DNA of 64,000 nucleotides from Minutocellus sp. GHC0000111 (lineage: Eukaryota): NCBI GenBank assembly GCA_977018835.1, contig OZ361257.1:3844001-3908000 (forward strand), written 5' to 3'. Positions 44,488-56,800 of the stretch are shown piece after piece. The notes beneath the pieces were generated by a model. That model was not told the DNA's origin. It made no database searches and saw only the letters and a program-made list of their open reading frames with translations. The position numbers and the translations under genes are program-made. Positions within the stretch are counted from its first letter, which is position 1. Every line of letters begins with the position of its first letter.

Positions 44488-45693
44488 ATGCCGCCCCCAG
44501 CCAAAAAGAAGCGCAAGACCCAGGCCAAGTCCTCGAAGAATGAGGAACAATGCAAGCATCCTCCCAATAATGCTTCGTCACAAGAACCGAATCTCAGTGT
44601 GGAATTGATCGGGAAGGTCGCCTCCTTCGCCGGTTACGGCGCCGATACAATGAACATTTGCCTTGCGGTCGACCCAAAGCAAGCGCGCGTAGTTCGACAC
44701 GCCTGTTTGCGGCGCAACATCGGGTATCTGGATTTTCTGCTCGCGAAGAGCTTCGAGAGGAACGCCTCTGCAATCGCCACTTCGACCACATTTGCGATGG
44801 GCGAGTTTATGAATTCGCGCGTTCTCCTATGGTTGGAAGTAAACCAAGCCGACTGGAAAGAGCTCTGCACTGCGCACAATTTGGAGGAGTGCAAGGAAGT
44901 CACAAAGGCCAGTCCCACAAAAGGAATGATTGGAGTATTAGGGAATCCAATCGCAATGCTCTGCAATCCATCGGTTGCCATCGAATTTGGGCTTGTTGAA
45001 GTTCTCAAATATTTGGTGGAAGAGGTAGGCATTGATATCAACAGTTGCCAGTGGAATGCTTATCAGAATCTTGAGATGAAACATCTATTGGCATATGCTT
45101 CGGAAATGAGCGATGGTTCTTGCTTTGGATATCTCTTGTCGAGAAACGACATCAACGTCCATGCGAGGTATGTTGCGGCCTCGAAGCAAGACAGGGCGAA
45201 TGATGATGACAGCGACGACGAAGTTGACGATAGCAAACAGCGGAGTGTGTTTGAGTATATTTACGACTCTGAGAATATATCGCTCCATGCATTTGAGTCA
45301 ATCATTCGGCACTCTAGCTTCAAGCCAAACGAGCCGATGGATTTGATAGGCACCATAGTGATGCGTCCACTCCAGTACGCCTGCATGTCTATAAGTGCCG
45401 ATCTCGAGGAGTCGGATCCCGATAAGAAATTTGAAAAGCTACTGAGCTTGATCAAGAAAACCGATGTTGATCCAACTCTGAGGACGGAGGAGGTTCCTGA
45501 TCCGTACAGCCTTACTATGAAAGTACTTATTGAGGCTGCTTTTGCAAGTACATGTATGGGCGAGGATGGCAAAGAAGAAAAGGAAAGCGACGCCCCGCCG
45601 CCTGTACATGAAAGCTGGTATGATGTTGAGCATGAAATAAGAAAGAAGATTCCCAAAGGTTGGCGGCCTCCACCGTGGACAACGGCAACGTGA
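44488..45693 (+). CDS. Hypothetical protein with ankyrin-like repeats and a basic N-terminal NLS
   Basis: 401-aa intact ORF; VAIEFGLVEVLKYLVEEVGIDIN ankyrin-like segment; PPAKKKRK. Confidence 0.7.
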   Translation: MPPPAKKKRKTQAKSSKNEEQCKHPPNNASSQEPNLSVELIGKVASFAGYGADTMNICLAVDPKQARVVRHACLRRNIGYLDFLLAKSFERNASAIATSTTFAMGEFMNSRVLLWLEVNQADWKELCTAHNLEECKEVTKASPTKGMIGVLGNPIAMLCNPSVAIEFGLVEVLKYLVEEVGIDINSCQWNAYQNLEMKHLLAYASEMSDGSCFGYLLSRNDINVHARYVAASKQDRANDDDSDDEVDDSKQRSVFEYIYDSENISLHAFESIIRHSSFKPNEPMDLIGTIVMRPLQYACMSISADLEESDPDKKFEKLLSLIKKTDVDPTLRTEEVPDPYSLTMKVLIEAAFASTCMGEDGKEEKESDAPPPVHESWYDVEHEIRKKIPKGWRPPPWTTAT

Positions 45694-46149
45694 ATAATGT
45701 TTTTGAAAGCGTACATGTAAGACACATTTGACGGCACCACGATGTTCTACACTGCACTTTCACTGACATCGAAGAACTCTATTTGTGTCAAAGCCTGAAC
45801 TCATTGCTGTTTTGTTGCCCTCTTAGCGCTTACAGTGGTCTCCAAGTTGGCGACGGGCCCAGTCATGCAGTGTTCGTTCTCTCTCACTTGACCTGCCTCC
45901 AGAGTTCGGTTTGATGCTCAACAGTGGGTGGTAGGGCAAGACGATCCAGAACATAGCCTCCCGCGCCCCTGGGCGCTTACACTCTCTAGTTACCTACACA
46001 TGCCCGCTGCCTTTAGCTCATCGAAGGTAGCCTCAAGGTCTGTCTGTCCGCGTTAACAAGAGTTGAGTCGAATCATGGTTCTTAATTCGCAACTGTTGTT
46101 GCTACTCGCAGTAACACCAAGTGAAAAATGTTAGGTGTTAGTTAGTTAG

Positions 46150-46720
46150 TTAGTTGTCAAAAACCTCAAAGAATCTGACACTCTCGAGACCCTCTGTTCT
46201 ATGTTCGTTCATGTTCGTTTTCTCCCCTCTGACAAACTTGTCACGTTCCTTCTTTTGGTTCCAGGTCCAGTTGTAAAGCGACGGGTGCTTCGCTTGTGGG
46301 ATGGGAACCGCGCCATTTTCATCGTAGAAGTCACGTAGATCAACAAGGCGTTTCTTCCATTGGCGTGTCTGCTTCAATGTCCACTCAAACCTAACACTGT
46401 TTAGCTTTTCAATTCTTTCTTCGGCAACCTGTGTAGACTTTCCTTCCTTCAACTTCCCATATGTGTTCTCGACGCTGTGTCGACAGACACCCAAACGAAA
46501 AGTTGCTGGTTCTCCAAAGATTTCGGAATGTCTGTGTGTCCAAGAGATTCTTTGAAGTCAACCAGCTCAGCAAAGTTTTCTTCCCAGGTAGGTCTAGCCT
46601 TGCGAACTGTCCAAACAAAGCCAATCTGGTTGAGTTTGTTGACTCGTTCGCCCGTGAGTTGAGAGTGTGCTGCTTTCTCCTTCTTGCAGTAACCGACATT
46701 CTGACAACCAAAGCAAACCC
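46150..46720 (-). pseudogene. Frameshifted 3' fragment of an HA-domain gene, paralog of 28329..29495
   Basis: WEENFAELVDFKESLGHTDIP and GAVPIPQAKH...NQKKE.DKFV.GEKTNM align with the 29-kb gene; no intact 5' part. Confidence 0.8.
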
Positions 46721-47184
46721 ATAGTAATGTGTGCTGGTGCAAAATCCCATCCTGATTTCCATCGTTTGCCCAGCCGGTGCAGAACTTTTCCACGGCTACA
46801 TGTGTGGTGTGGCAGAGGTGACGGCCGACACGATGCCGGCATGCATGTGCGGCAAAGCAAAGATCAAAGATGCAAAGGTCGCGGCGCGGCGGACAGACGA
46901 AAACTATTTTTCGTCTTTCCGTCGCAACACCAGAGACATTCCCGACATACGTAGACGCCAGGTCAGAAGTCAACTCAGCTTATCTCATCGACCAAAGGCA
47001 GAGCGAGTCGGTACAGGAACCTGTGAGGGCCAAAGCATCGAAGTGATAGCACTGAGCAGGGGGAGGCCAATATCCCGTTTCGTTTTTCTTTTCTCGCATT
47101 CGTTCCGTGCGCGAAGCTTTTTTCACGAAATCATCTCATCTCACCAAAAAAGCCAAACTCGTCAACATCAGGCAGAGAAATCAG

Positions 47185-48114
47185 ATGTCAAGAGCAATGA
47201 CATCCTCCCTCCTGCCATCGTGCTTGGTCCTGCTGCTGGCGCTGCAGTGCAACGCTGCATTTGCTTTTCAATCGGCGTCGCATGGAAATGCCATGGCACA
47301 TAATTCTGTGAAAAGCAGCGCACTTTACGTAGTGCAAGAGCGACCGACCAGCGATGCCCAGCAAAAGTCCAAACGGGAAACCAGCAATGCCAAAAACAAT
47401 AACGCCAGCAATAACAGCAAGAGGCACAAGTTCACCGAGGTCGATCGGCTCAAGTTTCGGGTGTCGCAGCTCAAGGGCAACATGGTGGAGAGCGAGCTGC
47501 GCGTCACGGCCGCCGAGAGGCGCGTGGCGATGCTCCAGGAGGAGCTCAAGGTGGCGCAGCAGTCGGCAGCGGATGGTTGAGTCACCGAGGATAGTATCAG
47601 CACCGAAGGCCTCGTCGATGCCGAAGAGGCGGCCGCCAAGGAGGCAGCTCTCACCGCGCAGATTGCCGAAATGCAATCGCAGCTTGATGCCGCCGAGGCG
47701 CAGCGCAGACAGGTTCAGATGGACAACGACCAGCTGCGTCAAAGCGTGGCCGAGATGAGTGATCTGCATCGGCGGCTGTCTGAGGCCGAGACCAAGGTGC
47801 AGCAGAAGACGCAGTATGCCGAAGCCACCTCGACCGAACTGGAACGGCTCCGTACGGAAATGATTGATACTATCGCCCGCACCAAGGCGGCATCCCACAA
47901 AGTCCAGCAGGAACTGAAGGAGGAGTTGGCAACGGTGCAAAAGGACGCACAAAACGAGCAGACTCGTCTCATCGAAGAGAAGGAGGTGGCGGTAGCGGCC
48001 CTTGATCGGGAGATTGCTCACTACAAGAAGGAGAGGGAGAGTGTGCGGAAGCTCGCCAAGAGGTTGGTCGTGACGGCGGGAAGGAAAATTGCCAAGCCGT
48101 TCCGTCGCTCGTGA
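47185..48114 (+). CDS. Plastid-targeted coiled-coil protein with one in-frame TGA at 47578
   Basis: Signal peptide plus AFA-F; heptad-rich; ORFs 47107..47580 and 47671..48114 share a frame. Confidence 0.7.
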
Positions 48115-48331
48115 ATAAATCAATTTTGCCCAATGGAATATAGCATGTTTATAAGAGAGAAAACCCCGCTTGGAAGCTACAAATAATATCGAGAAAGAAA
48201 AGAGTAGTATAATTCGAGTCGTTGTATTTCTTTATCACATTTATATATCTATAACTTCTTTCAACAAATAATAATATTGAGCGGTATCTCTTTTCGCTCT
48301 AGCTAGCTCTATTTTCTTCTTCTCATTCTGT

Positions 48332-51300
48332 TCATGAGGACTTTCCCTTGGCTTCTCCAGCCGCCGCGGCAAGGCCAAGGGAACTGTTGATGCGTTTCAT
48401 TGGCTTGGTCGACGAGGAGATGCTGGTCTCGACGCCCTTGGGTGTCTTGATGCCGGCCGCGCTCTTCTTGTAGGGGAGCATCTTCTTCTTGGCCGAGGAG
48501 GTTTCCGACGAGAGGGATGATACGGATGCTACTCTCGGAATGCTGTTCTTACTAGACGAAGCTCCACAGCCTCTTCTCGAACCGCCGCCGCCTCGGTTGG
48601 GAGTTGACATGACACTACCAGGCGAGCACGGCTCTCGGCTGGCTTCACTGTTGGCCGGCGAGCGGCCCTTGACACGACGTCCGGCACGAGTGCCACGGGC
48701 CCGGCGTTTGCTACCGCCTGGATTGCGGCCTTCAGAGGATTTGCCAGTCGCACTGCGAGGGGCGACCAGTTTCCACTCGTCGTCGTCCTCGGCCCTGGCA
48801 GGGTGTCGGCGAGGCCCTTCATCGGCGTTGAATGTAGCGCGGCGGGTATTGAACGCCGCCCTTCTCATCGGAGGAGGAGGAGTCACAGGCTCGGCAGTGG
48901 CAGTACCAGCCGACGCACCAGCACGAGTGAGCGTACCACCGCCGGTGGCTCGATCGTTCTGACGAATCATCTTGGCCTTGAGACGATCGTTCTCTGCGCG
49001 AAGCCTGGCAAGCTGAGTCTCCTGAACAGACTTCTTCTCATCAACCTGCTCTTGGAGCTTCTCAACTTGTTTTCTCAGATACTCGTTATCCTTTGTAAGC
49101 TTTCTCTTGGCATCAAATGCCTGTTTCTTCTCGCGAGTAGCCTGGAAAAGCATATCTTTCTTGGCCTTCAACGTTTGTGCATTGTTCTGCTTGAGGGTAT
49201 CATACGAAAGGGACAAAGAAGCGTGCTGGGACTGAAGGGTCTGGTGGGAAAGCTTGAGCTCATCAAGGTCGGTCCGAAGAAGAAAGTTCTTGCTGCGGAG
49301 CTCAAATACTTCTTTCTTCAGAACACCGATCATGGCAAGACTGTCATCCATGAGCTGCTTATCGATACCACTGGCAGCGGCGCGGGCAAGAGACGACTTG
49401 GGCTGCTCGGCAACTTCTTCCTTGGGCTCCTGGGCGGCCTTTTCGGATACCTCGCTGACCTCCTCCTCATTCTCGGATTCCTCGACATCGGCGGAAGGCT
49501 CCTTCGACACAACCTGTACAACGCCACCATTGGCCTTGAGCAACTTCATCTCGGCCTCGGCAAGGCGCTTCTGGAGGGCAGCAATCTTCTTGTTGACGAC
49601 CGCCTCTTCCTTGGCTTCCTTGAGCGCAACGCGATATTTCGGCCTCTGGATCGAACCTCGAGCAATCTTTTGGATGGTAATGGCAGATGATCGGCACGAT
49701 TTGTAGTTCTCGCGAGCGACCATGGCCCGGTACTGGGCCTGAAGTATCGTACTGGCCCTCTCGCGACGGAGACGGACGAGCTCAACCTTGGCATTGACAC
49801 AACGCACCCAGCAGGAAATTGCAGTGGCAGCGCCCTTCTTTTCAACAAATCGTGATCGAGCAATGTGGCATCTCACAACGGACTGGAGGGCAATGGCACA
49901 GTCCTTCTTGTATAGGAATTCCGACCTGGCAAGGAAGCCCCGGACGATGCGCTCGATTTCGACAGCATAGACACCGAGGGCCTTGAGACGGCCTGCCTCC
50001 AAGTACTCGAGAGCACCTTGGCGGAAGTATACCCTCGACTTGCCAACTGCAAATGCCTTGGTGACGGTGCCATCCTCGGCACTGGTCTCCATACCCTTGA
50101 GGACTTCGTCAAGGAGCTTCTCCACGGCCTCGCGGTCCTCGGCACCATCCTGAGAGTTGTCCTCCTTCTTCTCCTCATCGTCGGACTCACTATCGCTATC
50201 TTCGTTGCTTGCAATCGCCGAGAGACAGGAGAAGCGCTCCAAGGCAGTGGAGTGCATAAGGCGGTTCGGAAAGGCAGCGCGGGACACTTTGACGGCAGCG
50301 ACAACACCAGCACACCGAAGCTGCTCGGTCGACGATAGAAGGTCGACTTCCAGAGGCTTCTTCTGAGGGTTGGGCTTGATACAACGGACGTATCGGGTCT
50401 TGGTCTGGCCAATGTTGTTCATGAGCGACGACAGCTGGGATCGGAAGGTCGTACTGACCGTCACCGCGGAGGAACGACCTCGGCCGGGCTTGGTAGCGGC
50501 CTCCTGCTCGGCCTTGGACTTGGTGGCATTCAAAAACTCCCCGGAGATGAGCTCGTTGTCGCTCTTGGTGGCGCATCCGACCAAATCGCGGGGCAGAGTG
50601 TCGGTATTCTTGGTGACAAAGTTGGTGGCATCGTACTTGACGGCACCGGCGTAGTGCTGGATGGCAAATTCGGTCGGCTTGTGGAGCCGATCATCGACGA
50701 GAGGGGCGGCGTCCTTGTTGATCGTCTTGATCTTGGAAACGAACGAGGTGTCGTTGCCGTTGGGACGGACGCACTCCTCGTTCAGCACGGCGATGATGCC
50801 CACCTTGCCCTCGATGACGCCCAAAACGTCGGCATTGTCCTGGTACTCCAAATCGCCGAGGGAGATGCCCTCGTACTCGTACTCCTCCTGGACACTGCTG
50901 AACACGTCCAGGGTGTACTTCTGCTGGAGCTTCTCGTTGGCGTAGTTGATGCAAAGCTGCTCGAACCGATTGACCTGGAAGCTCTCAAAGCCAAAGATGT
51001 CGAGCAGACCAATAATACCAAAGTCCTCCACCTCGTCGGCGTGGCCGTAATTCTCCTCCGCGCACGTCGCCGCGTTGATGGCCTCGACGAGCCAGTTGAA
51101 CGACTTGGAGTAGATCTCCTTGGCGAAGGCGTCGCACCCGTCCCGGGCGGCATCGGCCCGCAGGGGGACGGTGTAGCTGTCGGCGCCCCGCCCGCCGGCC
51201 GTGATGGTCCGGTACGTCAGGCTCTGGGTGATGTCGTCCACGTCCACGCCCATGAGGGATGCCAGCTTGGCCAGTTCGTCGGCCGAGGAGATGATGGATC

Positions 51301-52558
51301 CATCCTCGTTGTCCGGATCGACGGCAAAGGTGAGGTTGCCCAGCTGGAGCACCACGCACATGGACCGCATGAGGGTGCGCATCTTGTCCCCCGCCACGCC
51401 AATGGTCTCGAGAGCATCGACCGTGTGCTGCCACTTCTCTTCGTCCGTCTTGCCCTCGATGGTTGTTGTCTCATCGGCACCACTGGCACCGACGTATCGA
51501 AATTCCGTGCCCTGACAATCCATCAACCCGTCCCATATCGCCGCCTTGGCATCCTGCGGCGCCGCCAGGAGCTGGTAGAAGACGTGGTAGTTGCGCTCCC
51601 CGGCCTCGTGTCCGACGACGCGGCTCTTCTCCAGCAGGTAGGTTTCGCAGAACGATCCCGCGAGAAGGCAGGTGGGGACGGCCCTCCCCTGGTACGCCGC
51701 CTGGGTGGCATCCTCGACGTCGAACTGCAGTCGAATGTACTTGCCGAATCGGGAGGAGTTGTCGTTCCGGACGGTCTTGGCGTTGCCGAACGCTTCCAGC
51801 AGGGGGTTGGAATCCAGCACGCGTCGGACGACGGCATTGTCGCGGGGATGGTGGCTAATGTGTTCGCCGGGGGCGGTATTGGGCGCACCGTCGGGGGTGG
51901 CGGCGGCATCCTCCGCGGCCGAGGTTTGGATGCTGGCCAGGTGGCTCATGATGATCTTGACGGTTTCGGTCTTGCCGGCTCCGCTCTCGCCGGTGACCAG
52001 GATGGATTGGTGGGTGTCGTCCACCGCCAGGCCGCGGTAGGCGGACGAGGAGGTTTCGTAGACGTGAGGGGCCAGGCCGGCCTTGGGATCGTCCCCAGCA
52101 GCAGATCCACTTCCTCCAGTGTTGCCCTCGCGCCACACGAGCCTGTCGACGTACTGCTCCCGAACGTCATCGGCGTACAGCCCCTGCAGCCACTGGAAGG
52201 GATTCATGGCAATGACGATGTCGCCCACGCGCGTGTAGGGCAGGCACCGATGATGGCGGGCCCGCAGATTGTACAGGATGGCCGCCTCGTGCAGGCTGGG
52301 GAGGTCGCACATGTCCTCCCGGATGATGGGCCGGCCGTTCTCGTCGACGTTTTGCAGCGGCAGGGTTTGGGAGTCGTACGATGCGAGGTCGACGTCGCGT
52401 TCTTCGGTGGAATTTGCATCGGCACCAGAGGAGGAGGGGATGGTCACGACAACCTTGGCGGTTTGCTTGGCAGTGTCGTACGACAGGACGTTGGCGGGAA
52501 GCCAGCCGTGAGCATCGTCGCGGACGTACACGCACGTGCTGGATTGGGAGGTGGACAT
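48332..52558 (-). CDS. Myosin heavy chain (motor, several IQ motifs, coiled coil, basic low-complexity tail), intronless
   Basis: GESGAGKT P-loop, NDNSSRFGK, LLDIFGFE, FEQLCINYANEKLQQ and YVRCIKPN motifs; IQ-like repeats follow the converter. Confidence 0.97.
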   Translation of the reverse strand: MSTSQSSTCVYVRDDAHGWLPANVLSYDTAKQTAKVVVTIPSSSGADANSTEERDVDLASYDSQTLPLQNVDENGRPIIREDMCDLPSLHEAAILYNLRARHHRCLPYTRVGDIVIAMNPFQWLQGLYADDVREQYVDRLVWREGNTGGSGSAAGDDPKAGLAPHVYETSSSAYRGLAVDDTHQSILVTGESGAGKTETVKIIMSHLASIQTSAAEDAAATPDGAPNTAPGEHISHHPRDNAVVRRVLDSNPLLEAFGNAKTVRNDNSSRFGKYIRLQFDVEDATQAAYQGRAVPTCLLAGSFCETYLLEKSRVVGHEAGERNYHVFYQLLAAPQDAKAAIWDGLMDCQGTEFRYVGASGADETTTIEGKTDEEKWQHTVDALETIGVAGDKMRTLMRSMCVVLQLGNLTFAVDPDNEDGSIISSADELAKLASLMGVDVDDITQSLTYRTITAGGRGADSYTVPLRADAARDGCDAFAKEIYSKSFNWLVEAINAATCAEENYGHADEVEDFGIIGLLDIFGFESFQVNRFEQLCINYANEKLQQKYTLDVFSSVQEEYEYEGISLGDLEYQDNADVLGVIEGKVGIIAVLNEECVRPNGNDTSFVSKIKTINKDAAPLVDDRLHKPTEFAIQHYAGAVKYDATNFVTKNTDTLPRDLVGCATKSDNELISGEFLNATKSKAEQEAATKPGRGRSSAVTVSTTFRSQLSSLMNNIGQTKTRYVRCIKPNPQKKPLEVDLLSSTEQLRCAGVVAAVKVSRAAFPNRLMHSTALERFSCLSAIASNEDSDSESDDEEKKEDNSQDGAEDREAVEKLLDEVLKGMETSAEDGTVTKAFAVGKSRVYFRQGALEYLEAGRLKALGVYAVEIERIVRGFLARSEFLYKKDCAIALQSVVRCHIARSRFVEKKGAATAISCWVRCVNAKVELVRLRRERASTILQAQYRAMVARENYKSCRSSAITIQKIARGSIQRPKYRVALKEAKEEAVVNKKIAALQKRLAEAEMKLLKANGGVVQVVSKEPSADVEESENEEEVSEVSEKAAQEPKEEVAEQPKSSLARAAASGIDKQLMDDSLAMIGVLKKEVFELRSKNFLLRTDLDELKLSHQTLQSQHASLSLSYDTLKQNNAQTLKAKKDMLFQATREKKQAFDAKRKLTKDNEYLRKQVEKLQEQVDEKKSVQETQLARLRAENDRLKAKMIRQNDRATGGGTLTRAGASAGTATAEPVTPPPPMRRAAFNTRRATFNADEGPRRHPARAEDDDEWKLVAPRSATGKSSEGRNPGGSKRRARGTRAGRRVKGRSPANSEASREPCSPGSVMSTPNRGGGGSRRGCGASSSKNSIPRVASVSSLSSETSSAKKKMLPYKKSAAGIKTPKGVETSISSSTKPMKRINSSLGLAAAAGEAKGKSS

Positions 52559-53823
52559 GTTGGTTTATGTGCTGATCGGAGACAGCGCAGTGAAGATAGA
52601 TGATCCAATGAATTGTCAGTAAGTGCAAAGTAAGTGGCACTCCTTTTGGCGGGGGTTGGAATGTGGAGTCGGAACCCTCTTCGCCTTCAACTGACTGTTC
52701 CCCTTTGCTCTTTTGCTTTGCACAGAACAAATCCAAACTTACTCGTGCAGCGCAGGTCAGCCAAAAGTAGCACAAGATGTGTTGCAAAGTAAGATACGGG
52801 TCAGTTGAGAAATGGTGCAACCTGTGAAACTTCGCAGTTGGGACCTCGGTTGCTTGGGTATGAGCTACCGCTGCTGCTGCTGCCGCGGTTGGCGGTGAAT
52901 GAGGCGAACGAGTGGACGGTCGACGACCACTCCGCGCGTTTGGCGGTGTCAAACTCGTCGCTCTTTTGGGGAGGCGTCACTCTTTGAGTGCGGTGTCTGC
53001 CACGTATTTCGTTTGTGTCAGATTTGAGAATGTCCAGACATCTCAAGATGTTTCGTTGTGACGAGTATTCCACAATACCTTCGATGCCATGGGCGGAGGT
53101 TGGGCCTTCGGTGGCAATCGTTCGTCGACCGAGCGAGAGGGAAGATAGCCCACCTGACTTTCATTGATATCACTGCCATCGTTGCGTGATAAGCCGCATT
53201 CAACCTCCCGGGCCGCTGGATATTTCGATTGGGTAAGTTCGTTCCGTTCAGGTAATTCCGAGACAAGACCATAACATACCAGACCGCACGCACCTCTTCT
53301 CGGCGAATGAAGTTGGGGAATCCTGCGCAGCCTCCATCGACGAAAGGGCAGGAAGCTCTTTGTATGCTTTCATTGGTTCATCGTTCATATCCATCCATGC
53401 CCTTTCTCTTCGTTCGCATTTATCTGTTTGAGTGTTATTGGTATATATTTCAGCACATAACGTACGCTCACGGAACCTCTCTCGCTCTCTCGCTCCATCT
53501 CTCCCCTCTCCTGCTTGTGCTCGGTTCGCATCGACAACATATCACACTCCATGCATCCCAACTGTTCCTGCCGTACAGCCTTGGGCTGATATACATCGTG
53601 AATAAATTCGTTCGGGTTCGGATATCTTCTAGATTTTCTTTCTTTCTCGTCGGGCAGAAGAAGCCTTGGACTCGAATCTCCCTGGCCGGCCGAAACGCAA
53701 AATAAAGAAAACCTCCAGGAAGGAACAAAAGCCCAGCGCGGGGGGTCATTCTTGTGCGAACCTCGTTGGAATACCGAAGAGCGCATACTTACAACCTTAC
53801 TTTGTACTTGAGTTGCTGCCAAC

Positions 53824-56800
53824 ATGACCTCGACCGCGGCCGACCTGAACCGGACCAAGATGACGGCGACGCAGGCGGTCATGCGGAACGCGACGCTGTC
53901 CGAATCCGACAAGCGGCAGCACATCCAGACCATCCAGAAGCTCGCCCGAGATGCCGGGCTGGACGACGCCACCAAGATTGCACGGATGGAGGACGTGGCG
54001 GCTTCTGCAGCTAGTGGTGGTGGTGGTGGATTGAACAAGGGCGGTAGCGGTGGTGACAATCACGAGACCGACGCCTCGTCCGACACGGGAAGTACCGGCA
54101 GCAGTTCCGCCGCCGACTCCTCGTCCTCAGTATCGTCGGCCGACGTCGGCAAGGCCAAGATGAAGGCCACCCAGGACATTATGCGGAATACCACCCTGAA
54201 CCAGGCCGAGAAGCCGGGATTGATTCGCAAGGTCCAGGCCGTGGCGGCAGATGACAGTTTGAGCAACAGTGTCAAAGTGCGACGGATGCAGAATCTGGCC
54301 GAGGGCAAGGAAGACGACGAGGGGGACGACAATACCAATACATCCGACGAAGGAAGCGACGCCGATGGCGGTGATGTGTCCGATGCCGACGTGGCCAAGG
54401 CCAAGATGAAGGCCACGCAGGATATCATGCGCAATACCACCCTGAATCAGGCCGAGAAGCCCCAGCTCATTCGCAAGGTGCAGGCCGTCGCGTCGGACTC
54501 TGCCCTGAGCAACGGCGCCAAGGTCAAGCAGATGCAACAGCTGGCCGAGGGCAAGGGCGATGCATCCGCTTCCTCGCCCTCCTCTTCACAACCATCGTCA
54601 CCCCCCAAGGACGTGTCCGATGCCGACGTCAACAAGGCCAAGATGGAGGCCACCCAAAAGATCATGCGCGACACGGCCCTCAACCAGGCCGAGAAGCCCA
54701 AGATGATCCGGGAGGTGCAGGCCATCTGTTCCGACGCATCGCTCGACAACGGTACCAAGGTGGATAGGATTCAAGACATACTCAACAAGGTGGAGGGCGC
54801 TCCATCGTCTGCAGCTAAGGATGATGCAGATGTCGCCAAGAAATCAGCAGCCCCCGACGTTGGAGAGGAAGAGGAAGCCGAAGATGACGACGACGATGAT
54901 GACGAACCAGTAGAAGATGTTGACCTCACCGCCTTCAAGTCCGAGGTCATCCAGGGCCTGATCAAGAACAAGAGCATCCCGGGTGAAGAGAAGCAGACCA
55001 AGATCCGTGCCGCCCATGCCGTCGTGCTCAATCGTACGTACGATGACTTTGAGAAGATCCGGAGGCTGCGCAAGATCCAGAAGGGCAAGGACGTCGTCGA
55101 GCCGATTGGCGAATCGGTATTTGCTCCCTTGCCCGAGGCTGGCGCCATGGCGGCGGCCCCGGAGGAGGCACCAGCTCCGACGGCTGGACATGGTACCGCC
55201 GACGAGAGGCTCCGTGCCAAGATGTCCGGCGGGGCAGGTGGAGGAGGTGCTCAGGCTGGTGTGACAACCAATTCTACCGCCAACGACCGGCTTAGGGCCA
55301 AGATGCAGGGAGGTGCCGCTGCAGGAGGTGGTGCGGGTGGTGGTGCCCCGGGCGTCTCGGTTGGGCCGACTGCAAACGATCGCCTGCGAGGTAAGTTTTC
55401 CATTTTATGCTTTCACTTGTCGCCATCAGCCTTTCCTCCCTTGAATCGTATCTTACCCTGATTTGATTCTATCTCCGTCTTACATCCACAGCCAAAATGC
55501 AAGGTGGTGGCGCCGCCGCTCCTGCTCCTGCCGCTCCTGGAGTAAGCATGGGCAGTACCGCAAACGATCGCCTCCGGGCCAAGATGCAAGGTGGTGGAGC
55601 TGCCGCCGGTGCTCCGGCACCACCTGCTCCTGGTATCTCCATGGGATCTTCTGCCAACGACCGCCTCCGAGCCAAGATGCAGCAAGGACAGGGGAGTGAT
55701 GCAGCTGCAGCACCGTCGGCACCCGGCGTATCTATGGGCGGTAACTCGACTGCCAATGATCGCCTTCGAGCCAAAATGCAACAAGGTGCAGGTGGTGGTG
55801 CTGCTGCCGCGCCCGCCCCAGCTGCTCCTGGAATTACGATGGGTAGCACAGCCAACGATCGTCTTCGAGCCAAGATGCAAGGAGGCGGAGCTGCCGCCGA
55901 CGCCGGTGGCGCTGCAGCTGCTGCAGCACCAGCTGCTCCTGGTGTGACAATGGGTGGAAATTCCACTGCAAATGATCGGCTCCGAGCAAAGATGCAGCAG
56001 GGCACAGGAGGCGGAGCTGCCACCCAAGCTCCGCATGCTCCAGGCGTGACTATGGGAGGTAATTAGACTGCCAACGACCGCCTCCGCGCAAAGATGAATC
56101 AAGGCGCCTCAGGTGCTGCTGCGGCTCCAACTCCTGCAGCTCCTGGCGTATCTATGGGCTCGTCTGCGAACGACCGGCTCAAAGCAAAGATGCAGCAAGG
56201 TGCGTCTGGCGGTGCATCTTCCGCGCCGCAGCCCGCTGCTCCTGGTGTATCAATGGGTTCATCGGCCAACGATCGTCTCAAGGCAAAGATGCAGCAGGGC
56301 GCTTCCGCTGCCGGAGGCGCTGCTCCTCAACCAGCTGCTCCTGGTGTATCAATGGGTTCATCGGCCAACGATCGTCTCAAGGCAAAGATGCAGCAGGGCG
56401 CTTCCGCCGCCGGAGGCGCTGCTCCTGGTGTATCAATGGGTTCATCGGCCAATGATCGTCTCAAGGCCAAAATGCAGCAGGGTGCTTCCGCCGCCGGAGG
56501 CGCTGCTCCTCAGCCAGCTGCTCCTGGCGTGTCCATGGGTTCGTCTGCTAACGACAGGCTCAAGGCCAAGATGCAGCAAGGAGCGACCGCTGGCGCTGCT
56601 GGTGCCGCAGCAGCTCAAGCCCCCGCTGCTCCTGGCGTATCAATGGGGTCTACCGCTAATGATCGTCTCAAGGCTAAGATGAACCAAGGCGCTTCCGGCA
56701 ACACAGCCGCCGCTGCTCCGCAACCAGCAGGCCCAGGTGTGTCGATGGGCTCAACTGCCAATGATCGTCTCAAGGCCAAGATGAACCAGGGTTCTTCCGG

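Noticed and set aside
28947..56066. Stop-codon reassignment or programmed readthrough
   Set aside because: All three stop types occur internally and all three also terminate normal genes; single substitutions explain each case.
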